Source: Kudoa neothunni
Lineage: Eukaryota; Animalia; Cnidaria
Assembly (NCBI GenBank): GCA_964304625.1
Contig: OZ199838.1
Span: 3,312,440 to 3,376,439, forward strand
Direction of reading: 5' to 3'
Length of the DNA stretch: 64,000 bases
Within the stretch, counting starts at the first letter, position 1, and each line of letters opens with the position of its first letter. Under the pieces are notes generated by a model. It was given only the letters and a program-made list of their open reading frames with translations. It ran no database searches and was not told the origin of the DNA. Below, one piece after another: positions 13,862 to 26,886 of the stretch. The position numbers were made by a program, and so were the translations under genes.

Positions 13862-14755
13862 TATATTAAAATAAAAGAATATTTAGATGGTGAATTCAAC
13901 TAATTATGACAACATCTAATTTTTTGTATAAAACCTCGAATAGAACATCGCTGGTACACGCAAGATATTCGGTAAATTTCCAAAAACCTATAAAAACTCA
14001 TTTTATTTTCAATATGTTACCTTATAAGATGTTTATATGTCTACGAAGCATTATTCATGTTTCGTTTAATAATTGTACGACTCAATCACTTGAACAAGCT
14101 TAACAGGTTTTATTAAAATTATTTTCTCTATTATTTTTATTATATCAAATATAAACTTTTTGAAACTACGTTTCAGTCAATTAATACCTTTTTTAGTTTA
14201 TCAATTTTTTAAATCAATTTATCAGCGCAAAGAAAAAAGGTTTAATCATTTTATCGTGGAAAATGTACAAAGATGGAATTGGAGTAGTAATTAATTAAAA
14301 ATAAATTAGCTATCAATTCAATTTTTTGATTATTAGCAATTTTTATGTCTAACCATTTTCTAATATTTATATAACTTACAATTTTATTTTTTTAAGAATT
14401 CTACGCTAGATTGTATGTAACCTTTTTATATATGTATATATATTTTTTTTCATAGGTTCATTTAAGGGATTTATGCACTTTTTTATGGTTTGATAGACTT
14501 TTTAATGTATATCCCAAACAAACCTGATCTGTTTGCGCTAATTTAAAAATACGGTGAATATAAATATACATTGGTTTAGTTTATCCTCAACAAGATTAGG
14601 ATGATCCACTCGGTATCCCAATACTGGGTAATTGTAGAAGTTTTAAATATCATAATTATTCGATTCTCTCATTTATAAACCCCTAAAAGTAAGGTATTGA
14701 ATAACTTGGCATTCGATACAATTTAGTTTTATTTTATAACGAATTTATCGCATTA

Positions 14756-16395
14756 TCTATATACATAATAAAGTTCTTATGTCTGTCCGTGTGTGCTTGT
14801 GTGTGTCAGTTTGCAGCAGTACACATGTGCCATGGAGAAACTTTCTTTAAAATGGTTGTAAGCTTGTATTTGAATAGATGAAACCATTAATGTTAATCGA
14901 TCATTTACTTCGAAGTATAAATGTAGTCAATAACACAGTCCGAAGTAAGGAATTTTCTGGTTGTCTTCACAAATAGAAGATTAAAAACACCTGAATAATA
15001 TTGATATTTGTTTACTTCTGATTGATAGCCAATTAATATGAACTTTTACTCACTATATAGAAAAAGAGTCTCTTAATTATTGTATAGAATGTTCTAAAAA
15101 TTTTACATACGCCTGTTCGGAGAACTTTTGAGACAAATAAACCTATTAATGTCACATTTACAAGAGTTGTCATATTTCCCTTAAAATTTGAAGCATAAAC
15201 AAGTTATTTGGTATGTATTTTCTCTTTTCGATCGCTATGGATATAGTTAAGCAAAAAAGATTATGATCAATTTAAATAAAACACATAATTTGAGATAACA
15301 AGTTGTTACCACGTTGAAATAATTCGAGTCTCTATATGTATCCTAATTATTCCTTACCCCAGACCTTGAGGTTAATATTCAAATCAATATACTGTTTTCT
15401 TTATGCTCGCATTAATTTATTATGATATAAAAGCTGCATAAAAATACAGTCCCTTCTCAATGCGTGACATGCAAGTTAATAAGAAATTATTGGTCTATTC
15501 GATCTAACCGATATTTTCACAAAGTTTTCGTTAATCTAAGAATATTTCAGTACGAAGAGATTTTTTTAGGGCAGTCAAACAGTACGTTAATTTTTAAAAA
15601 GGTGCATCCCTCAAGAAAACCAGTTGATGTTTAAGCATTACTGCCATTTTTCAAACCAAAAACACCTTTACATTTTTGATTTAATCGGATTTTGTTAATT
15701 AAATGTATATATTTTTGAACCAGTAAGTATTCTTGATAAAAAGCAAGGTTGGATTTATTTATAAATAAGGAAATTTTGTTACAGTAATGAATACGTAAGT
15801 TACTGCTCACAGCTTTTCAAAACATCATTGGCATCATTATATAATTGCGATAAAAGGAGTAACAATTACTATTTATATTTCGGAGGCATCTTAAGTTGAT
15901 TTTATTTTTTTATCGTTTGTAGACTAATAATAAATTTTATAACTAAGTGAATTAATTTTTAATGAAAAATTTAGAAAAGAACTGAAAATACTATTTAAGT
16001 TACTTAATGATTTTATTTCATAAATAGCTGAACTTTAATCGCTAATTACATTTCTTTTAAAATTTAGATCATCATAGTTTTGGTCAATAATTTGTAAAAT
16101 ACAGTTAAAATTACCCATTAATTTCTCTCCATACCTCTATTTATATTTGAATGGAAAGTGTGCGCATAATTTTGTTTATCTAAATCATCACATTGCAAAA
16201 TAATGACAAGCTTTAAAATGCATAAATTAAAATTGAAAAATAAAATTAAAAGTTAAAATTTTCCATCACACTGTACCAGGAAAAACTATGCATTAGCGCT
16301 GTCTACTTGAAAATCAAAAAGGCTTTAGTCTGCGCCAGGTGTTGGCCTAATTGGCTGGGCAAGGAAACCTTCGCGAAGCGGGGCTTTTGCGCTAG
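14756..16395 (+). mobile_element. Non-autonomous Helitron (copy 1)
   Basis: Starts A|TCTATATACATAATAAAG followed by a GTGTGT-rich tract. Ends with GC-rich hairpin CCTTCGCGAAGCGGGG then TTTTGCGCTAG|T. A/T insertion site, no TSD. The 3' end closely matches copy 2. Confidence 0.75.
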
Positions 16396-16794
16396 TTCAC
16401 AATAAAATTCGAGATTGATCATTATTTTTGAATTTGCATGGCATCTTAGCGATTTAAAACAAAATAAGGTTATTAATTTGGAAAATTTTTAATTCCTTTA
16501 TTATAATTATTTATTTAAGTCATGTAAAATTTTCCCTATTAAAAAATTTATTAATATCTGTAGTTCACTACCATAGATACGTTGAATTACGTTATCCTAT
16601 TTATATACAAAATACATTTTAGAGAAATTAGGAGAATTCAAGAAAAAGTTATTCCTAACGATAACCTAAAAATTCTATACGGTCTAGGGTTCGAAAATAA
16701 GTTTATTTCTATATAATTGAATAAACAATTGTTTCCGATAATAAATACTATTCGTTAAAATATAATCCAATTTATATTTTGTTGAACTATTGTT

Positions 16795-19700
16795 ATGATG
16801 AATATAGCTAAAGGTGGTGTTTTATTCTACATTACACGTAAATAATATAAATTAATTCGTATTTAAAATAAAATTTAGTTTGTGTGCTAAAAAACTTCCA
16901 TGTTAATGCCACCCAGGAAAAAACTACCCCGGATAAACTAATTTACCAAATTATTAAAGAGACTGATAGAACGAATAAAGTAAAACTAAGTCTTAGTGGT
17001 ACAAATTATGGTGTTACTGGCAAGAAATGTCGCATAATGAGATCTAACGAGCCTGAAATCGCAGTAAGTAATACTACACCAGCCGATTTTAAAGATATCG
17101 TTGAGTGCCCTGGTAATGACTCTACTAAGTCCAGTAACAAGTGTGTTATTGACTGCACTAGTGATGATAACAAATTAACCTATAATAAACTTAATCCAAG
17201 ATCAAAATTCATCTATGTATACCTTGGAACTAGTATAGAAAGTATGGTAGGTGATGAGCAAAAAAAAGGTGGGAAGGTTTTTGGTTACCCGATACGTAAA
17301 TTTATATAACCAATAACAACGTTTTTGAAATAAATTTAGCCTTGTTGATGAATCCTAAAGTTACTGTAACTACAGATTCAACTAAAAGGCTGAAATTATC
17401 AACGATATCATGTCCTAATGTGAATTGTCCTATTTATTATAAAGATATCCAGTATGTAGTTGGAACAAAGGGAGGAACATGCGATGCAGAAAATTCAGCG
17501 AATGAAGTTGAATTTGATTTGTTGTTACCTCATTATGAAATGAGATGCCAAAATTATCCAAGTTATTTTTACAATATGCCAAATGAATACATGAAAAAAA
17601 ATATTGAGATTTATAAACCACAGTTTTATGCTGCTACCAAAGAAGGAAACAAAGTAGAGATAAAATTCACAAATTCACCTTCTTCTGAGATATGTCGCTT
17701 CAGTCTCAAAAGTGGTCATACTGCAGATGCTTCTACACAGTACAAGTCAATTTGTGGTGATGCAAATAAGAGTTGTTATGCACCCTGTAAAGATGTTGTT
17801 TTGGATGGCATAGAAAATAAAAGAATATATAAAATATTAATTCAAATAAGACATCACGATATAACTGCATCTGGTACCAGCCCAGATGGTTACATTCAAT
17901 ATAAATTTGGTAATAATTTCATTATACATTCTGATTTTGTTATTATTGTATATAGCGAACACAGAGCCAAGTAGCGGATTACTATCCGATTATACGTTAA
18001 AAGGTGTCACCTTTGATGCAACACATTACAAACCAACTGACACTACAAATGATACTACTAAATTTGCCAAATGTGTTCTTAAACATTATCCGGCAGATAA
18101 GCCTAAGTTATCCTCACTTATGGATACAAAATGTGAAGATAGCAGTTCAAAAACTAGTGAAGCTAACAAATGCAAGGATGATTGCAGTAACTTGGTTCTA
18201 AAAGACCTTGCAGCAGGAAAATCCTATATTATTGAAATTCAAGATCACGAAATAAGTAACCCAAATGACTTTCAAGAACAGATATTTATAAGAACACGTA
18301 AATTTCTAATATTATAAACTTAACTATTGTTATGTAGAAAAAATGTCTGGTAAAGATTTTCAAACTACTCTCCCAACAAAGACTGATAAAAATGCTTCCC
18401 TAACAGCTATTGGAGGGTCGGCGCTGGGTGATAGAAAAACCGAACCAACTTGTGAATATTTGGTGAGTCCTACAGGAAAGGATAGTTTCTATCCTGCCAA
18501 GTGTGCTAGCAGCAATCCATGTAGAGGTTTGTGTAGAGATCAAGTAACGATAGAAGACCTTGAACCAAACACATCCTATGATATCAGAGTAATTGCAGAT
18601 AAAGATTATGAATTGATAGATCATAAAAATGTTCAAACAAGTAATTTGTTTAATATTTAGCTCAATTAATTTTATCTAGCTTTAACAACATTGGTCATAT
18701 CTCACAAGGTCAAACCGGAAGGTTTGTATGTGAATGCACAATTATCTGCAGGGGATCCCAATACAAAATGCAGTTATATTGTAAAAGTAAAGAAGGAAAA
18801 TGACTACACGGATGTTTACACTTGCCCAGCAGTGACGGCAGCCCCAGCACCCACAGCTATTAATGCACCAGTAGCTCCTCAACCATCGTCTTCAATGATA
18901 CGTTCAAGCAATACAAAATCAAATATTGCTAGAGCTGTGTTATCTACACATGCAAGTGATAATACTTCATTAGCACAAAACCAATCAGGAGGCGAATCTA
19001 CACAGTCTTCTGGTGTTACTAATAGCATAGGCACAACGTCAAACACATGTTCAGCCAATCCTTTGTGCAGTTCCATCATCTTCACTGGGTATGATGCAAC
19101 AAACGAATATAAACTATTAGTAACAGCGATTGGAAAATCTTCAGAAAAAGATTTTTCTTTAGAGCCAAGTATCAAAAATCTAAATTTTTTAAATTTTACA
19201 TATTTGAGGAATTTATTTTCGAAATTTTACATTTCGTTAGGTGCACCGAAAGGTAATCCCACTGATTCCTCTAAAGTAATAACAGTCATTATCACACGTG
19301 ATGGGGACAGTTTCATCATAACTAACGGACTTCCAGCCAATATGGACGATAAATCAAAATGTAAATGGGAGTTACGAAACAGTAGTCTTATGTCGAGGGC
19401 GATAATAAAGTCTTGCATGGGACGGAGAGTAGATGGATGTTCTTCGTTCGTAACTTGCAAAGAATTCAGAATAGAAGGTTTACCCGATGGAAATAATTAT
19501 TACTTGACAGTTTACAGTGCAAATGATCCAACGGTTTTCGGTACTGCAGATATACAACAAGGTACATTTATTGTTAATTAATTAATTTATTGAATTTAAT
19601 TTGTTTAGGTGCCAAAAGCAGTTCAAGGTATGGTTAATATGACACCATTATTTAACTTAATACATTTTTAGTGGAAATATAAAGCTTATGTAAAAATTAT

Positions 19701-19811
19701 AAACTTAGTTCGTTGAATTAAGTTATATTTAGAATCATTATAGTGTCAGCTATTGGTGCTTTAGTGGTAGTAATAGTTGGAGGGGTTATGTTAAAGAAGA
19801 AACGTGATTAA
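16795..19811 (+). CDS. Type I membrane protein, 866 aa, about seven Cys-containing fibronectin type III-like modules, TM helix, KKKRD tail
   Basis: Exons 16795-16837, 16879-17295, 17340-17909, 17956-18297, 18338-18640, 18680-19168, 19241-19561, 19609-19627, 19672-19689, 19733-19811. All introns are GT-AG (39-72 bp) and the exons sum to 2601 nt with an open frame. Signal peptide MMNIAKGGVLFYITLCVLKNFHVNA; FN3 signatures IEDLEPNTSYDIRV, IEGLPDGNNYYLTV, LKDLAAGKSYIIEI; TM IIIIVSAIGALVVVIVGGVML. Confidence 0.88.
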
Positions 19812-20253
19812 GCCTATTCCATAAACTAACGATAATTCATATTATTATGAACAATTACCATATATTTCTATACTTGTTTTGTAGTTAAATAAAATAATTT
19901 CCATTTATTTGTTAAGTAAATCTGCACTGATAATTCGTTATATTTAATAGATCATTGTTGTTTGTATTGATATATTTAAAATATTCAAAAAATTTTTTCT
20001 TTCAACCTATTTAGTTTTAATTGATTGTAAAATAATGGTAAAGCAATTAATATTGCATTTAAATTTTTATATGATTGTATTAACCTTGGATACATTGTTT
20101 TGTCAATAAAATATCCATACACCGATATCTTAATTAAAACTTATTTTATTCCTTCTACATGAGTTACTTGCAAAAATTATAAAATATTTTTTTAGTATAA
20201 GTCTAAATTTTATCATAGACAATATCCAATAAATAAAAACAAAAATTTTTAAA

Positions 20254-20957
20254 TCTACTATATAAAGCAAACCGGTAATCCGTGTGTATGTCAATGTGTA
20301 CGCATTTTTCATTCTTTATAAAGAGACATATCGCTCCATTTGAGCACATATATGGAAAGATGAAATTTTATTTTAACAAAGAAAAATATGTAAAAAATTA
20401 TAAAAGGTTTGAATCTTACAAAATGACTAAAACCATTTTCACGTGATATGAGTGGTATGATTTCAGGAATTATGCAAACATATAGGTCATTTCGTTAAAG
20501 TTATAAAAAGTTAATTTTAAATGTACCATAGTGTTTATTTTACTTTAAAATTATTGGAAAGTAATTTAGTAATTGAAATAGTTCAAATAAGGAAGGTAAT
20601 ATTAGGTTATGTATCCAAGCATTAATATGAAATTCATTTGTTGATGTTTAACTAGATTAGTCCTTTTCATATGGTATGATTTAGAGACTATTGCAAACAA
20701 CAAGGAGAAAATTGATATTTTAGGAGCTCTAAATAGGAAATTCAAACGCTCAGTAGCGTTTATTCGTTTTTAAAAATATTAAATAAGGTTCATGCGCCCA
20801 ATAAGTTAAATAAATCATCAGTTAATTGGGTAATCTTTGTACTATTTGTCTAAATACTAAGAATTTACTTTAAACTTCAAATGAGCTTTGCCTACTCAAG
20901 GCTATAGTCTGCATGGCCGGGCAAGGAAGCCCATGCGAAACGGGGCTTTTGCGCTAG
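20254..20957 (+). mobile_element. Non-autonomous Helitron (copy 2)
   Basis: A|TCTACTATATAAAG 5' end with CGTGTGTATG tract. 3' hairpin AAGCCC...GGGCTT (20927-20948) then TTGCGCTAG|T. Confidence 0.85.
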
Positions 20958-21895
20958 TACCTAATATTTTTATGCATAACTCTGATGCTCAATTATTTAC
21001 ACTTGAAAAAACATGGTAATCTGCTGTATCGAACAAAAATAAACAACCTCCTGCGAACATTTGGTTAAAATAACCCCGATTATTATTTTTGATATCATCA
21101 CAATAAATTCGTATACATTACCAGGAGACGTAATATCAGTTATTAACTTCTAAATTTTGAGATAACTGCTAGTTATCTCATCTATTAATTCTATTCGGCA
21201 GTATTAAATTGTAATCCACAAGTTTAGAGGTTATTTTCATGGTAGGTTTTAATTTTAAAAGTTAAATAGGCCAAGCGCGATATTTTTTTAATCCTAGTAA
21301 CTTTTGCTCGCAAGCTGTTTACAGATTTAATTTTTTATTATCTACTCTAATATATTATTTTTAGCCCGCTGATTCGCTCTTAAGTGTCACAAATGTTTAA
21401 ATATAATCAAAACAAGCTACACCTAAATATTAGTTACTATGCCAACTGTCACCTTCTTATTTCATTACAGGAACAATTATGAAAGTCCATTAATATCTAA
21501 CAATTTAAATAATTTCGATTTTATATTGTATTTTTATTGAAACTAAGTATACTGACGAATGGTGCTGTCTTCAAAATCTTATTTTTAAAGAGTTTCCAAT
21601 AATTATTCATGGTACAATTTTTAATGAAAATTCGCGAGGCTACCACCCAATGATGACCGAAACATCGCGGCATAACCAATTTTTTACATCAACCAACATA
21701 GGTCGATGTAAATAAACGATAAACAAAAAAGCATATTCAAAATATTACAATAAAGAATTTATACTATAAAGCATTTATAATATAAAAATACGCTTTGTAT
21801 TCGTTATTTTAATATCACCAGGTTAATAATGATTAATTATTTTCAATGATTCCGTTTATTTAATTATCATAAATATATTTTTTTAACAAAAGGAT

Positions 21896-22763
21896 TCATC
21901 GAATTTCCTTGTAATTTGGAGGAAGTAGGTCAGTTCTGGTGTCGCTACTTTCATATTCTGGAGCTTGAGGATGGGTGGCTCCCTGAAGAACTCGATATAC
22001 ATTAAAAAATATTTAATGAAACGACACTCACTAAATCTATTTCAACTTTCATGTATCCATTATATTCTTGGAGACTTGTAAATATTTTATAGAAGCTTAT
22101 GATAGTGTTAAACTAGAATTAGGTTTTTTGAGGCATTTCATAGAATAAGATTCACTTTCAATAGAAGTAAGAGATAGAATAGGGCTGCAAATATTAGTCC
22201 AATAGAATAGGAGGTTTGATTTGAAGAATATGGTTTCTAAGGTTGTGGAAGATAAAAAAATTAAATTTCTCATCGTTCAATTACTGATAAACACAAAAGA
22301 CTAAACTCTTTCCATGCCAATTTGTACAGAGTTATCATGTAGACCAAAAATATAAAAAATTGTATTATTTCTTTGATGATAAGACGACTATAGCAATATA
22401 TTGTTTTATTCTAACAAAATGTGCCTTATCCACAAGAAAAGCTATGCTAATCGCTAAAATACGGATATAAGAGAAACGGAAAGTGCATCGCTAACGATTT
22501 CTATCGCTAATATTATAAGAAGTGCAATTGTGATAACTACCAGAATTCAATGTATTCCTATAGGTAAACAATAAGAGATCACTTACATGGTTGAGATTCC
22601 CAGAAAAGAGGGCAAGTCAAGTCATATTTCATCTTGAATAGAATGAACATGAATGTCAATGTTTTCAGACTCTATACAGAGCTTATAGTAGAGTCTGCTA
22701 GATTAAAATGCATACAATCCCAAAAAGTATCATCAGTCTTGCTTGACATGCAGTACTTGTCAT
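21896..22763 (-). CDS. 4-TM LAPTM4/5-like protein with C-terminal PPxY motif, paralogue A (193 aa, 7 exons)
   Basis: Exons 22763-22716, 22671-22587, 22536-22463, 22410-22285, 22236-22156, 22112-22032, 21982-21896, all GT-AG with an open frame. Four hydrophobic segments, Lys within TM4, tail ...QAPEY...LLPPNYKEIR*. Exon structure is mirrored in paralogue B. An extra upstream exon is possible. Confidence 0.82.
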
Positions 22764-23473
22764 TATTTCTGTTTAAGTTATTTAGTTCAATGATTCTACC
22801 AACGAAACTAAGTTCGAAAGAGCAAAAAATAATACTTTCGTTAGATGACTTTAGCTCATCAACTAAATTTAGGACTATTTTATGATTTGAACAATGAATT
22901 CAGACATATTTTACTGATCAAGGAAGTTCAATATCGAGTATTCGAGAGAAACGTCAGAATCAGCTTTAATATGAATAAGTCATTTTTCACATAGATACCT
23001 ACTTGGGCTGGGTGTAATAAATCATCTAAGGCAGCAAAATTTTAGGGAGTGGTGTAATTATTCGGTAATGATTTCACATTACATCACAACTCTAAGGATT
23101 ATCAACTATAAATGCGATTAGAAGTATTGCTTTTAAAAATTATTTTACACTAAGAATTATCAGAATTGGCCTAAAACTATTACTACGCTTACATGTATAT
23201 CGCAAAAACTCTTATTTACCAAATGTTATAATTAATATGTATAAAGTAATAACAAATTCTGATTTAAAATACAATTAATGTTTCATTGTTTGAAAAGTCA
23301 TCAAATCAAGAGCAATAAAGATTATTCATTATGATGGAGAAAGAAAAAAATGTACAGACAATTAGAGTTCAACTGAATAAACATTATAAATTTGTGAACA
23401 TTAATTCACTGAAGATTATTTCCTACTAGAGAGTCTAAAAGGGTATACAAAATATTTTTCTTACATTATAAAA

Positions 23474-26400
23474 CAGTGGTGGCCAGACTTGCCTAGAATG
23501 GGCGCAAACTTTAAGGATGCCCAAATTTTAAAGAGTTGCAAGGCGTTAAAATCATTTATGTTTATCTTCCTTATTTAAATCTTATATTTGGGGGAATTTT
23601 TGTTAAATATTAAAATAATATGTAATAGAATTATAAATAATGAATTTTTTATTTTTTCTTATTCAGTTAATCGTTGGAAAACTTACATATAATTTTTACA
23701 AATATAATTAATGGTAGTTCTTCAAGAAAAGTATAATAGTAGTTAATAATCCAACAGATGTTTTCTCTGTGAAAAAGGCCTCCAACATAAAATACTTTTC
23801 ATTTTTAATCGTGTATGGTAATCTATCAACAAATTAAATTAAACATTTGTGAATAAAATAATAACACAATAAATCAATGCATTCGAAACAATTTCTTTAT
23901 TTGTTTCCATTTTGTCAGTGAGCTGACGGAAATCTGGTTCATTTGCTGTTAAAGCTGAACGAATTAATTCCGTCAGGTGTTTATTTTCGAGGGATTCGCG
24001 ATGCTACGAATTTAAAAGCTTCATCGTAGAATAAAGAGACTCACAACAATAAGTTGTTCCAAAGATAGATTCATGTTTGAAGCAAATTTCTTTTAATTTT
24101 GGATATTTATATCCTGATACGTTTTTCCAAAATTCGTTTGGTGAGTTTTTTTACAAGGTAAAACCTCTGACGCAACTTATTAGTTGTGGAATCATGGTTG
24201 GCCAGACCTCTTTCATTATCGCTGTAGGCACGGCAGGACGTAACATGAAACCCCGCCCCTTATCCTTATGCTGTAATGTAAGACTTAAACTCATTAAACA
24301 TCCTCGTCTCAGGGCGACCACCACCCCATACCTTTAAGGACGTTGGCTCTGTGAGGCCTGGAAATTACTTGCCTTTCGGTGGGTCCCGGATGTTCCAACT
24401 CCTACTCACGCTCACCCCGCCTCACAGCGAGCGTACATTGTAACCACAGCTCCCAAATATGGGATAGAGATCCACTAACACGGAAGCAGTAGTCTGACCA
24501 TCGGCAGATTCAACCCCATTATCATTACCACACGGTTCTGAGCCCGAGTATCACACCGATGTGCTATCTGTCCTTGGTCGTTTGGTGAGTTGGAGTCATG
24601 AGCCATCTTTAACGCCAGATCTTCTTGAAAATCCATTAGTTCCACTTCCACGGTTGAAAAAGCGATGACTAGTGATTCAAAATTTTTACAGCCTGCATTA
24701 ACTACTTCATTCACAAATGGGTTGATGAGGAACATAAAGCATGGCTTCAATTCCCGTAAATCCTCAAAGCGATCTTTATAGTCATTCATAAGTTGCATTA
24801 CATTGTCTCTATATTCTTCCAAGTTCTCCTTTTCGATTACATCATTACATCACCAGGGAATAAATTTTGTCGGCTATTGAGATTTTAAAAATAAATGAAG
24901 TTCCTTGATTTTATGTCTCTTTCGAAAACTCGTACTTTATTCTCGAAGCTCAAAATTGTTTGAGCAAGATCAGAAACCAATTTATTCTTCCCTTGTAATT
25001 CTATATTGAGATTTTGAAGATGGTTCATTACGTCAGTAAAAAACATCAAATCGTAGAGCCACTGATTATTTTCAAGTTCAGGGTATGATTTGTTCTTTTC
25101 TTTAAGGAATGAACTAATCGATTCTTAAAGTTCCACAAACCTACTCTAGACATTGCTAGTTGACAGCCAAATTACAATACAGTAGAATGAAACATCGTTA
25201 GGTTTAGCATCAATCTCAGGTTCTTCAACAAAATTTCTGAACGGTTGATGAGTCTTTCCACTTGATCGTACATAATTGACAACTTCGAATACGCACTTCA
25301 TTATATCTTCATATTTGAAGTATTTTGTAACCAGATGTTCGCGAGGAATCATGCAACGTACGGGACGGGTTTAAGTTTTCCAAACCTTGGATCATTTTTC
25401 ATGAGTGCAATTAAGCCTACGTTCTTAAAAGACTATCGCAGGGGCTCCATCTATCGATATGCTAACGAGATTACATAACTGAACGCCAGCATTCGCTAAG
25501 ACTATATCAAATGTATTTTTAGCGTCAACGCCACGTGTGGTTTCTTTCAATTCCACCAAGTCCAACAATTCCTCCTTAATAGTTAGGTCATATAAAACAA
25601 AGCGAATGAATATGACCAATTGGGGATTGTCTTGAATATCCGTTGATTCGTCGAGACCTAAGCTAAAAACAACCGAATTCTTCGGATCATTTTGTGGTTT
25701 ATCGCAAACATCAGCGCTTATTTGAGAGATTCGCCTTTCTATCTTGTTGCGAGAATGAAGTCTCCCTTTTATTTAGGTTCTAAAACTTCAACGATTTCAG
25801 CAATATTCTTTCTGACAAATTCCCGCTCAGAATGTGGACATTTTGCACGTGAAATATTCCACGAAATAATAAAACTAGCTTCAATTGATAGAGCTGATTC
25901 AGTAGAAAGTGTCGTCAAAAGTGACCAGCGATTATTTAGTGATTGCTTTAGAGAACATAACTTATTGGTTCTTATATGAGACTTGCAAGGATAATCACGA
26001 GAAAATTTCCGGTGATTTTTCTCATAATGTCGTTTCAGGTTAGAAGCTTTGTTGTGACTTAAAAACATATTACAAATAAGATACAAGGGCTTGACCCCAT
26101 CATGGTAAAGGCAAATTCTTCTTCCCGTTCTGGGTTGAATATTCTTTTGTCGTCATCATATTTTCTTTTTTTTATATTTGAAGAATCCATAATTTTTTCA
26201 TACAATAATAAAATTTGAATTATCACTTAAGCTCCAATTCTAACAAATAATTTGCGCAACTACAAGTCAAAACGTGCCGAGTTATTTAGATTGTACCGAG
26301 GGACGAGTTGGGTCATTTCTAGACTAACCAAGGAGCCAGTCTATGGCTATTCTCATTTGCACTTGTGTGCCCTCCTTTTCGAGCTTTAACGCCTGTTTAT

Positions 26401-26660
26401 TCTTACGATATCGGTCACTTTTGTAATGGAGAAACATTAGTTTTAATTGTGTTTCCTAACAAAACTAGTAATAATTCTAGCTTGAATCAAATATTGAAAC
26501 TATATAAATGTTCGTAACTATGTTTTCTACCCAAAAATACTATCTAGGTTACGATTAAATAGTTCAAACTGTGAATTTTTCTGATATAAAGTGCTCATTG
26601 AATATAAAAAAAATTTGAATCAACGAATTTTTTTTGAGAGCCACGGTTTAGTCAGCCCTG
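23474..26660 (-). mobile_element. hAT DNA transposon, Buster/SPIN (GTF2IRD2-like) type, transposase pseudogenised
   Basis: TIRs CAGTGGTGGCCAGACT and (revcomp) CAGGGCTGACTAAACC; perfect 8-bp TSD TTATAAAA (23466-23473, 26661-26668) with the central TA typical of Buster. Transposase fragments from ATG 26190: BED finger (LICNM..NLKRHYEKNH), LDESTD, IDGAPA, dimerisation motif FGTTYCCES. Several stops and frameshifts. Confidence 0.95.
24148..24577 (-). mobile_element. tRNA-derived SINE inserted in the hAT transposase
   Basis: 14-bp TSD TCGTTTGGTGAGTT (24134-24147, 24578-24591). Minus-strand head GGACAGATAGCACATCGG (A-box-like) and GGTTGAATC (B-box-like); short A tail. Removing it restores the transposase frame HDSNSPNEFWKNV. 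Confidence 0.85.
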
Positions 26661-26886
26661 TTATAAAATATTTATGAATGAGATGGGGATATTTATAGCG
26701 TGTATAGCAGGATTGATAAGATTGGAAATCTTGTTAGACAGCTGAACTAAATAAAATAAGTATGTGCTCCAAAAAGTTTTTATATGATAGATAAACATTA
26801 TATCTATAAGATCTAAGCAAAATTTTTATAATCACAAAAATAGTGTGAAAAAATGAACTAAGATCATTTAAATTTTCATAATAAAC

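Noticed and set aside
24475-24577. Head of the SINE as a tRNA gene
   Set aside because: Degenerate B box, no clean cloverleaf, and it is part of a TSD-flanked 430-bp insertion.
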